Shown here in pieces: positions 9,096 through 16,908 of a DNA stretch of 49,310 nt (the first letter of the stretch is position 1; each line of letters opens with the position of its first letter). The DNA is from Candidatus Altiarchaeota archaeon. GTDB taxonomy: Archaea; Altiarchaeota; Altiarchaeia; IMC4; QMZM01. The notes beneath the pieces are model-generated. The model ran no database searches and was not told the origin of the DNA. It saw only the letters and a list, made by a program, of their open reading frames with translations. The position numbers and the translations under genes were made by a program. The stretch lies in NCBI GenBank assembly GCA_038891095.1, contig JAWAEV010000006.1, forward strand, positions 1-49,310. Reading direction: 5' to 3'.

Positions 9096-10082
9096 TTAAA
9101 ATTTGATCATCTCTCCAAAAAATGTGTCAAGGAGATAACTTCCAAGTAAAAATAAACCTATTGAGAAAAAAAGCAAAATTGGTAAAAATTTAAATCCAGA
9201 TTTCTCATCTCCTTTTAGAATTAAACCCATTATTAGAGCCCCAAAAATTGAAGTTGATGTCAATGAAACCAAAGCAAAAGTTTTTATAAAGTCTATGCTT
9301 ATTTTTATTGTGCCAACTTTTATTGGTATTCCTTGCATTTCTTGCAATTGTGGCAGCTCAGCAGAGATAACCGACATATTCTCGACAAGCATTTTCACAA
9401 GGAAGGATGACATTGCGAAAAGCAATGGTGCTCCAAATGCAATTGCTATAAATATGAAGAGAACATACATCAAAACACTTGCAGAAATTTCTCTCTGAAT
9501 CATTTGTTGTTCTCTCAGATCAGAGGCAATTTGGTCGAGAATATCAGCAAGTTTACCACCTGAGCGAATGCTAACATTCACTAAATCAATAGTTTTTGAT
9601 AATGTTTCTGATTTTATTGATTCAGTCATCCTATTTAATGAATCAGTTAAACTTCTCCCAGTCATCGTTTCTTTACCAACTCTTTTTATCTCTAAAGCTA
9701 AAGGACCAAATTCCGGTCTTGCTGATAAAAGTAAAGCTCTGTCAGTTGTTAAACCAGCTCTTATATTAGAGGACATTAGTTGGAGAGCATCAGGAAGGAC
9801 ACTTTCAACAAATCTTGCTTTTGAATCTATTGATAAAAGAATCCAAATATAGATTATAAATTGAAAAACAATGAAAAATAAAATAAATGAAAGAACTAAT
9901 GGTAATACCTTGAGTGTATATGTAAGATAACTTGCTAATGCAGAAAAGATAATTCCGAATATAAATGCAAACCCCAATAACTTCTCAGGATTTATATCTA
10001 TATTTGAGTACCTAACTAACTGATAAAAATTTTTTGTTATTCTCTTCGGTAAAATTCTTCCTATGGAAGTATAAATATCCAT
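9096..10082 (-). CDS. Type II/IV secretion F-family (TadC-like) membrane platform protein
   Basis: LPDALQLMSSNIRAG...EFGPL...SGG-x-LAD-x-L T2SSF pattern; multiple TMs. Confidence 0.9.
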   Translation of the reverse strand: MDIYTSIGRILPKRITKNFYQLVRYSNIDINPEKLLGFAFIFGIIFSALASYLTYTLKVLPLVLSFILFFIVFQFIIYIWILLSIDSKARFVESVLPDALQLMSSNIRAGLTTDRALLLSARPEFGPLALEIKRVGKETMTGRSLTDSLNRMTESIKSETLSKTIDLVNVSIRSGGKLADILDQIASDLREQQMIQREISASVLMYVLFIFIAIAFGAPLLFAMSSFLVKMLVENMSVISAELPQLQEMQGIPIKVGTIKISIDFIKTFALVSLTSTSIFGALIMGLILKGDEKSGFKFLPILLFFSIGLFLLGSYLLDTFFGEMIKF

Positions 10083-10083
10083 T

Positions 10084-10980
10084 TTACATTAAATTTGGTC
10101 TTCTTGTTTTTATTATTGACATGAACATAAATTGCATAAATAGCACAGCAGCTAGTAAAATCCAAAATGTTTGTTCATTGCTAATTGCTTCCATTCCGGG
10201 AAATGATGAAAGAATTATCATAACAGTTATTCCCAAGGAAGGAGCTATAACTGCGATCATCATATACATCATTGCTAAAGGATTTAAAATTGATTGATAT
10301 CTCCTTATCTGAACAATTTGCTCTCTTGAAAGAGATTGAATTACATTTGATAAATTTTCTGCGACATCACTTCCAGACTTTAGAGCATTGACAAGTTGCC
10401 AAAGAGCTCTCCTAAAATAAATTGATGGATTTCTTACTGCAATCTCTTCTAAAGTATCAATAACCGATGCTCCAGATTCAACTTTTTCAACAACATATCT
10501 AAATTCATCTGAAATTTGGCCGTAATTTCCTTTAGAAACGGAAACCATTGCATTGAAAATCGGCACTCCTGAACGAATTTGAATTAAAATATTCCTTAGA
10601 GCAAAAAGTAAATTTCTTTCTAAGTCACGAACTCTCCTATCAATTAAAACTTTTGGATAAGAAAGCAATTCAAAATAAACTAAGAAGCCAACACCTAAGC
10701 CAATTAATGGGCCTAAAATTAGCATAGAGCTGCCACCTATATAAAGGATCAAAGTTAGGCCGATGGTAAGAATTATTGCAATTATGCAACCCAAAAGAAA
10801 GCAAAATGCTATATATTCTCTTGCTGAAATTTCATACTCCTCAGAAAGACCAGATTGCCTTAACTGAATTGAAATATATGGCGAAACCTTAAGCATCGAA
10901 TCTCCAAACGGAATAAAAAATTTTGAAATTTCTCTCAATGGCCCCTTTCTAAGGAGCGGCATCTTCTCCTTTTTTGCCAT
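10084..10980 (-). CDS. Type II/IV secretion F-family (TadB/TadC-like) membrane platform protein
   Basis: RSGVP-x-FNAM...YG-x-IS-x-EF...SG T2SSF pattern; tandem with second platform gene. Confidence 0.9.
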   Translation of the reverse strand: MAKKEKMPLLRKGPLREISKFFIPFGDSMLKVSPYISIQLRQSGLSEEYEISAREYIAFCFLLGCIIAIILTIGLTLILYIGGSSMLILGPLIGLGVGFLVYFELLSYPKVLIDRRVRDLERNLLFALRNILIQIRSGVPIFNAMVSVSKGNYGQISDEFRYVVEKVESGASVIDTLEEIAVRNPSIYFRRALWQLVNALKSGSDVAENLSNVIQSLSREQIVQIRRYQSILNPLAMMYMMIAVIAPSLGITVMIILSSFPGMEAISNEQTFWILLAAVLFMQFMFMSIIKTRRPNLM

Positions 10981-10995
10981 TTTTCCTTTATTTAA

Positions 10996-11230
10996 TTACT
11001 TTTTATAACCTAAGAATCTTTCTTTTTCTAGTTTTTGTTCCAATTCTTTAACTCTAAGTTCTAACTCCTCAAACTCTTTCTTTGATCCTTTAAAATTTCT
11101 ACCAAGTAAGAAATCACTGGTACTCTATGGTATCAGGTAACCTCTCTCTATTATAGCCAACTAATCCCCTAAGTTGCAGTTTATCAAAATTTTTTGCTAA
11201 AAAAGACAAAAATTTTATTAAATTTTTCAT
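10996..11230 (-). pseudogene. Frameshifted remnant resembling a peptidase S74 / intramolecular chaperone C-terminus
   Basis: Three frames stitch to FLAKNFDKLQLRGLVGYNRERLPDTIEY / ISYLVEILKDQ / KKEFEELELRVKELEQKLEKE; family call from recalled similarity, not a search. Confidence 0.55.
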
Positions 11231-11259
11231 ATATTTAGATTTTATGCAATCTTAAGCTT

Positions 11260-12918
11260 TTACGCCACCCTCAAAGCGAATATCCTTGCATTTCTTATAT
11301 ATGCAGTGTAACTACTACTGTAAGAGTGATATTGTATTGCAATTGTTGCACTTCCTGAGATTGTATAAGGAACAACCCATGACTGAGTATTTGCATAGGT
11401 ATTCGCAGTATGAACACTTGGTCTTAATTCACCACCAAGTGTGACACCATTCGTCAGGTCCACTAAGCTAACATATGGGAAATATGATGCTGAGGTCGAG
11501 CTACCAGTAACTTCACATGATGCAATTATTATATAAGTTCCAGCACTTGGTAATGTCAATGAGACTTTAGTTTGATAAGAAGTAGAAGTGGTACTACTCT
11601 GAGCGTCACTAACACTATAAAATGTGGCACCTTTCAATCCGCCATTGCTTATGCTAAGATTACCATCAACTACTAACTTCTCAGTTGGACTTGTAGTTCC
11701 GATGCCGACATTGCCGGTAACCCTTGCAATTGCTATTCCTTGTTTTTCTACGCTGTTTTGAAGAGTATTAAGATAAAGAACATCAGGCCCAGCATCGTAT
11801 CCTACGATTCCTCCATAAGCGTTGTTTCCACCCTCCCTAAAGAATATCCTTACCTTCTTAGTCCAGTCTGGTTCGTCAATTGTGATGCCTTGTCCATCTG
11901 TTAGACCAGAGATGTGTAATTTATTAACTGGATCTGTCGTCCCGATGCCGACGTTGCCGTTACCATCGATTCTCATCTTCTCACCACCTGCACCATTATA
12001 ACCGGCGCTAAATGTTAAAACACTTCCTCCTACTCCTCCTTGAATTAGATAACCTCCCACATTGTGTTGAGCGAGAGATAGACCTCCATATCCAGACCAA
12101 GCAAAAATCCCTAAACGTTGATTTCCAGTATTATAAGATACGCCATTGTTCCACTTTGGACCAATCATTGTGACAATACAATCGCCGCTAGCACATCCTT
12201 GGTCAACTTGAAGATGAGCGCCAGGCGCTATCGTCCCAATGCCGACATTGCCAGCTGAATCTATGGTTAATCTACTGACTTTATTTGTCGCAAAACTCAA
12301 TGGGTGAGCGGTGTGCGTTCCAATAATCATCCCTGCTGGAGCACCCCACCATCCGGAATCATGAGCTAACACACGAGCATCTATGTTAGGAGTTCTAATT
12401 GATAATTTTGTAGCTCCTCCACCAAAAATATCTAAAACCTTACTCCAACCCTCTGCGTTTTCAGGTGTAGTTGTCCCAATGCCGACATTACCATTACTGT
12501 AATTAATGCAAAATTTTGAGGAACACTCTAAGCGAGATGTCATATATGTATACCCAGAACTTGCAACCCTTTGTCTTGGGGAGAGAACTTCATCTTTCAC
12601 TTGGATTTCAAGCCAATAATCTTCTGTAAAATTTAAATCCAAAGGATTAATACTACCTAAGAGAACACTGAAAATTCCTGTGTTGGAAGTTGTGATATTG
12701 TTAACTCCTGAATGTTCTTCCTTCCAAAGTGGATTTCCTCCAGTTGGAGAATTGTAAATTGTAAAGGTCATATTAAAGTTTCCATATAGTGGTATTCCCT
12801 CAGAATTTGTTAATTTTCCTTCAAGATTTATCAACTTTGGGATTGCAAATACATTAACAACAAAAAAGTTAAAAAAAACAGAAATCATAATCAAGTAGTA
12901 TAGGTTTCTCATTTTCAT
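11260..12918 (-). CDS. Secreted tail-fibre-like adhesin 1 (conserved N-domain, 4 GNVGIGT repeats, unique C-terminal beta-rich tip)
   Basis: Signal peptide ending VFA; IPKLINLEGKLT N-domain; GNVGIGT x4; start set to ATG 12918, 8 nt after GAGGTGA. Confidence 0.8.
   Translation of the reverse strand: MKMRNLYYLIMISVFFNFFVVNVFAIPKLINLEGKLTNSEGIPLYGNFNMTFTIYNSPTGGNPLWKEEHSGVNNITTSNTGIFSVLLGSINPLDLNFTEDYWLEIQVKDEVLSPRQRVASSGYTYMTSRLECSSKFCINYSNGNVGIGTTTPENAEGWSKVLDIFGGGATKLSIRTPNIDARVLAHDSGWWGAPAGMIIGTHTAHPLSFATNKVSRLTIDSAGNVGIGTIAPGAHLQVDQGCASGDCIVTMIGPKWNNGVSYNTGNQRLGIFAWSGYGGLSLAQHNVGGYLIQGGVGGSVLTFSAGYNGAGGEKMRIDGNGNVGIGTTDPVNKLHISGLTDGQGITIDEPDWTKKVRIFFREGGNNAYGGIVGYDAGPDVLYLNTLQNSVEKQGIAIARVTGNVGIGTTSPTEKLVVDGNLSISNGGLKGATFYSVSDAQSSTTSTSYQTKVSLTLPSAGTYIIIASCEVTGSSTSASYFPYVSLVDLTNGVTLGGELRPSVHTANTYANTQSWVVPYTISGSATIAIQYHSYSSSYTAYIRNARIFALRVA
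11695..12492 (-). repeat. Four dispersed 21 bp GC-rich repeats encoding GNVGIGT (11695-11715, 11938-11958, 12232-12252, 12472-12492)
   Basis: Read directly; coding-strand consensus GGYAAYGTCGGCATYGGRACN. Confidence 0.9.
12463..12847. repeat. Direct repeat copy 1 (385 bp, fibre N-domain); copy 2 at 20896-21280
   Basis: Ungapped alignment at offset 8433, including a 98 bp perfectly identical block (12524-12621 = 20957-21054). Confidence 0.95.
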
Positions 12919-12971
12919 CTTTTCTTTCACCTCTTAATTTTATATTAAATTTATATTTCTCAAATAAAAAC

Positions 12972-14513
12972 TCACCCCAATAATTTTTTTGGTGACACTT
13001 CTCTTTTTACAGCATTTTCAACTGTTTTAGTATCTCTATAGTAAATATTTAATATTTTTCCAACATCCTCTATTTGCCTTACATTGTTTTTTAGCATCCA
13101 TTCTAAAATACTTTTCTTTAATTTAATTTCATCTTCAATTTCTTCTTGAGTTAAACCAGTATGGGTCCCTATTTTTTCATAGAGGGATGCTGAGGTTTTT
13201 GTTCTTTCTATGCTGTCATCTCTTGCATTCCATTTATAAAGAATATTTGGAATAAATTTTATCTTCTCAGAATTTGGATCCTGAACAAATTCTCCAATTT
13301 CATAAACTCTTCTTATGCCTCGCCTTCTGTCACGAAACATAACGACATTTAGATGAACAGCATCAAGCATTGATTCTGGTATGTCTATTGGTGGATTTGT
13401 AAGCCTTGTTATTGTTTGAGCGCAAGTATCTGCATGTAATGTTGCATAGACTGAATGCCCAGTATGCATTGCCTCAAATAAAACTTCTGCCTCTCTTTTC
13501 TTTCTAATTTCACCCATTATTATTCTATCAGGCCTCATTCTTAAAGAATTTACAAGAAGGTCAAGCATACTAACTTCTCCTTTGCCTTCAGGGTTTGGTT
13601 GCCTTGTTGTTAGAGGACACCAATATAAGTATTGAGGCAATTGTAATTCTCTTGTATCCTCTATTGATATGATTCTATGATTTGGCGGTATGAAAGGCAT
13701 GCATATATTTAGAAATGAAGTTTTTCCAGAGCCTGTGCCACCAGAAATTAAAATATTCATCTCATATTGTATAGTGAGCCAAATTAGGGCCATTATTTCA
13801 GAGTTAGCAGTTTTGTTCTGTATAAAATCTGTTACTGTCCAAGGATCACGAGCAAATTTTCTTATTGTTATAGTGTTGCCCTTTGTTGCAATTGGCGAGA
13901 TGATAGCATTTGCTCTATCCTTAGTTATAAGGTGTGCATCTAACAAAGGATTTAGAGTTGTTATTTCTCTGCCAACTCTTCTGGCAATAGTATTCGCATA
14001 ATTCTGAATTTGCGCTTCTGAATCTGGAGTTATATTTGTTGCGATCCAACCATATCTCTTATGATAAACTCTTATCGGCTCTTTTGCTGAATTAACAACA
14101 ACTTCTTCAATTGATGGGTCATTGAGGAAGAACTCTATTTTCCCTAATCCAAGAAGCTCATTCAATAAATTAAGAATAAAATTTTCTTTTATTTTTTTAT
14201 CTAATTCAGGAAGTTCACTATCTAAGAGAAATTCAGCATCTTTCTTAAATTCTTCTTTTAACTTATTCATAACTTCTGGCTCAAATATTTCAGAGGTAAT
14301 TTCGATTTTTCCTATAAGTCTTTCTTTTATGCTATCAAGTAATGCTCCCGTAGCAGTATCAACTTCAGGAATTAAAATTCTATATAAAGGTACATGGTCT
14401 TTCTCAACTATTTCAACCTTTGTTTTTATTCCTTCAGAGTCAATTTCATAAGTTTCTAAAATTTTTTCCTTCCTTTCCAAAATTTCCTTTTTAATTTCTG
14501 ATAAATTTTTCAT
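12972..14513 (-). CDS. Type IV pilus / secretion ATPase (TadA/CpaF/VirB11 family)
   Basis: Walker A GGTGSGKT, SIEDTREL, LRMRPDRIIMGEIR, MHTGH...TLHA; ATG 14513 preferred over TTG 14531. Confidence 0.95.
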   Translation of the reverse strand: MKNLSEIKKEILERKEKILETYEIDSEGIKTKVEIVEKDHVPLYRILIPEVDTATGALLDSIKERLIGKIEITSEIFEPEVMNKLKEEFKKDAEFLLDSELPELDKKIKENFILNLLNELLGLGKIEFFLNDPSIEEVVVNSAKEPIRVYHKRYGWIATNITPDSEAQIQNYANTIARRVGREITTLNPLLDAHLITKDRANAIISPIATKGNTITIRKFARDPWTVTDFIQNKTANSEIMALIWLTIQYEMNILISGGTGSGKTSFLNICMPFIPPNHRIISIEDTRELQLPQYLYWCPLTTRQPNPEGKGEVSMLDLLVNSLRMRPDRIIMGEIRKKREAEVLFEAMHTGHSVYATLHADTCAQTITRLTNPPIDIPESMLDAVHLNVVMFRDRRRGIRRVYEIGEFVQDPNSEKIKFIPNILYKWNARDDSIERTKTSASLYEKIGTHTGLTQEEIEDEIKLKKSILEWMLKNNVRQIEDVGKILNIYYRDTKTVENAVKREVSPKKLLG

Positions 14514-14514
14514 T

Positions 14515-15450
14515 TTAATCTTTCTTTTCAATTATTCTCATTTCAGGTTCACCAATTGCTGGATAGTGCAACTCTATAAGGTTATGCTCTTCAAGAATTA
14601 CAGCCCAACTTTCAATTTGTGCTTTACTGACATTTAATTTTTTTGCAAGTGAGTCATTCAGCTTTACAATTTTATTCTTTTTCACTAAATCATAGAGTTC
14701 ATCTATTTTTGTTTTTACTTTTCCTTCAGTTTTTTTCTCCAAAGGAGTTTTTGGTTCACTCCAAAATTTTGACAATCTTTGGGCAATTTCCTGATCAATA
14801 ACCCATCTCCTTTTTCTTAATTTTTCTAATAAACTTTGCTTTTTTTCTGAACTAATTGATGAAATTCCCTCAAAAATTTTTGGAATTTCTCTTTCTGATA
14901 TGTGCAAGCCAACTAATGAGTCACTTGATATTCCTCCTTTTTCTATCTCGTTCCTTACCTCTTCAAAGTGTTTTCCTATACTCACTTCTTTTGCCTTCTT
15001 TTTCATTGGCTCTTGGAATGAAATCGTTCCAAAAAAATTTCTCTCACCAGACTTCTCCTCTTTTATAACTCTCGAGCTTATTGGCTTAATCTTCATGCCG
15101 AGACTCTCTATTGGGATCTCTTTTAGAATTGCTCTAAAATTTTCTTTTTTTATTTTTTCAAGTTCTTCCTCACTAAGTTGGTAGAGGTCTAATCTTCCAG
15201 CTGATTTTACAAATTCTTCTCTTATTTTTTTAATAGCATTTTCTCCAAGATAAAGTTCTGCCTTTTCCAAATTTTCACATGTCGCTGCAATTATTTTGCC
15301 TTTATTGATTAAAAGGATTGCCTCATAGAAATCCCCAGAAATTTTTCCGAAAAGCCTCATTGCTCCAGTGAAGCTATTAAGAGAACTGCAAATTTTATAG
15401 AATTCCTTATCATCTTTTGGTGTTATATGTCTACCAATAATTAAATCCAT
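14515..15450 (-). CDS. Cytoplasmic protein with DUF2226-like N-domain and C-terminal winged-helix-like domain
   Basis: FTG-x-x-R...G-x-IIAA...G-x-x-A N-domain; KTKIDELYDLVK...IESWAVILEEHNLIELHYP C-domain; family names from recall. Confidence 0.55.
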   Translation of the reverse strand: MDLIIGRHITPKDDKEFYKICSSLNSFTGAMRLFGKISGDFYEAILLINKGKIIAATCENLEKAELYLGENAIKKIREEFVKSAGRLDLYQLSEEELEKIKKENFRAILKEIPIESLGMKIKPISSRVIKEEKSGERNFFGTISFQEPMKKKAKEVSIGKHFEEVRNEIEKGGISSDSLVGLHISEREIPKIFEGISSISSEKKQSLLEKLRKRRWVIDQEIAQRLSKFWSEPKTPLEKKTEGKVKTKIDELYDLVKKNKIVKLNDSLAKKLNVSKAQIESWAVILEEHNLIELHYPAIGEPEMRIIEKKD

Positions 15451-15532
15451 CTTTGTAATGTTAAGAATTATGTATAGAAGACTTATAAAGATTTAGCTTT
15501 TTATTTTTGAACTATTTGGAAATTACAATAAA

Positions 15533-16405
15533 TCAGCAATCAGGGTCGTTACAATAACAATTTTTACAGAAATCTCTTGGACAAATACCATCAATTGAGC
15601 CACAAAAATATAAGCTACTACAAATTTGAACAGCACTAATGCTTTGTAGTGTTGTTGTAGTAGTAGTTGTAGTAGTAGTTGTTGTCGTAGTTGTAGTAGT
15701 GGTAATAGTTGTAGTAATTTGTGTTGTAGTTGTTGTTGTAGTAGTAGTTGGTACAACACAATGTGTGTTCCCAGGTCCTTCACAACATTCTGAGCAATCT
15801 GCTGCAGGTAATTTAAATCCTTCAGCACAAACCTTCGGAGGTGAGCAACAATGACCTTGCTTTGGAGTTCCAGAATACCAATCAGCACAATTTTTTATTG
15901 TTGGAGTTTTCTCTGAGTATGCACCATAAATCATTCCTTGTTCAATTCTTTCTATAGGAACATTTGCTATTTGACCAATGTAAGAAATAGTAATCCTAAG
16001 GTTATATGTTTCTCCCGGGAAATGTTCTCTTGAGCAGCATTTAGATTGTTTCACATGTATTGTATCACCAGAGAAGTGTTGTCCTTCACCTTCCACCTTA
16101 TCTTGGCATTTCCATGAATCTTGCATGTTATAAATTTCTATGTTAGTTATATTTATCGTATACCCTGCACCATTCACAAAAATTCCACTAAAATTGCAAT
16201 CAGTTGTTAGAACAATACTTGGATTTAATGGTTTTATCATTGAAAACCCGGAAACAGTTACTGTGCTTTCATGTCTTGTTGTAAAAATTCCAAGATACCA
16301 CATTGATGCTATTATTGCTACTATAGCTATAATTGCCCATCCATAATTAAGAAGATATTCTGCTGCTCCTTGTGCTTTCTGAACTTTATATTTTTTATTT
16401 TTCAA
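15533..16405 (-). CDS. Class III signal peptide (type IV pilin-like) protein with Cys-rich domains and Thr-rich linker
   Basis: Basic leader, then KAQGAAEYLLNYGWAIIAIVAII; TTG start. Confidence 0.85.
   Translation of the reverse strand: MKNKKYKVQKAQGAAEYLLNYGWAIIAIVAIIASMWYLGIFTTRHESTVTVSGFSMIKPLNPSIVLTTDCNFSGIFVNGAGYTINITNIEIYNMQDSWKCQDKVEGEGQHFSGDTIHVKQSKCCSREHFPGETYNLRITISYIGQIANVPIERIEQGMIYGAYSEKTPTIKNCADWYSGTPKQGHCCSPPKVCAEGFKLPAADCSECCEGPGNTHCVVPTTTTTTTTTQITTTITTTTTTTTTTTTTTTTTTLQSISAVQICSSLYFCGSIDGICPRDFCKNCYCNDPDC
15649..15749. repeat. Imperfect (ACA/ACT)n trinucleotide tract encoding a poly-Thr linker
   Basis: GTT/GTA triplet run on + strand; over 30 codons, almost all Thr, in the pilin ORF. 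Confidence 0.92.
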
Positions 16406-16412
16406 TTTATGA

Positions 16413-16904
16413 TTAAATTACTTGTGTTTGCATTACAACACCACTACAACAAGCTTGATCATAATAACCAACACCACTATCCCTAACTTGATGGGAGCCT
16501 TTTGTAACCCAACCAACACAATTTGAGCAAGGTCCACCTAAAACGCATGCTCCTGGACTTCCACCACCTGTTGTTACTGTTAAAGGAAGCCATATATCTC
16601 CTCTTCTTTGCCAAGTTCCTGTTGGAGAAGCATCATAAGCATTATTTATCTTAAATGTTACAGTATCGCCATTATTACCTTCATAAACATAAACTCTATA
16701 ATAGCCAACTGCAATCATGCCACCTTCAGTTCTCACAGGATTACCATTGATATAAGCAACAATATTTGTCCCTAATGGGGCTGATTGACCATCAATATGC
16801 AAAGAACCATAAAATTTACATGCATCCTCTGGTATCAGCTGTGCAAAAACAAGATAGATTAATATTGCTAAAATTGCTGAAAATACAATTATAACTTTTT
16901 TCAT
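16413..16904 (-). CDS. Small secreted protein with FYG...DG..AP.GT domain and Cys-rich tail
   Basis: Signal peptide ending VFA; domain paralogous to the middle of the upstream 883 aa protein. Confidence 0.75.
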   Translation of the reverse strand: MKKVIIVFSAILAILIYLVFAQLIPEDACKFYGSLHIDGQSAPLGTNIVAYINGNPVRTEGGMIAVGYYRVYVYEGNNGDTVTFKINNAYDASPTGTWQRRGDIWLPLTVTTGGGSPGACVLGGPCSNCVGWVTKGSHQVRDSGVGYYDQACCSGVVMQTQVI

Positions 16905-16908
16905 TTTG

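Noticed and set aside
11695-12492. GNVGIGT repeats as a CRISPR array
   Set aside because: Spacing 240-312 bp, degenerate at codon third positions, in frame within a CDS, no cas genes
15523-15888. Poly-Val ORF (15639-15854, +) and Gln/Leu-rich ORF (15523-15888, -)
   Set aside because: Alternative readings of the poly-Thr tract in the pilin gene
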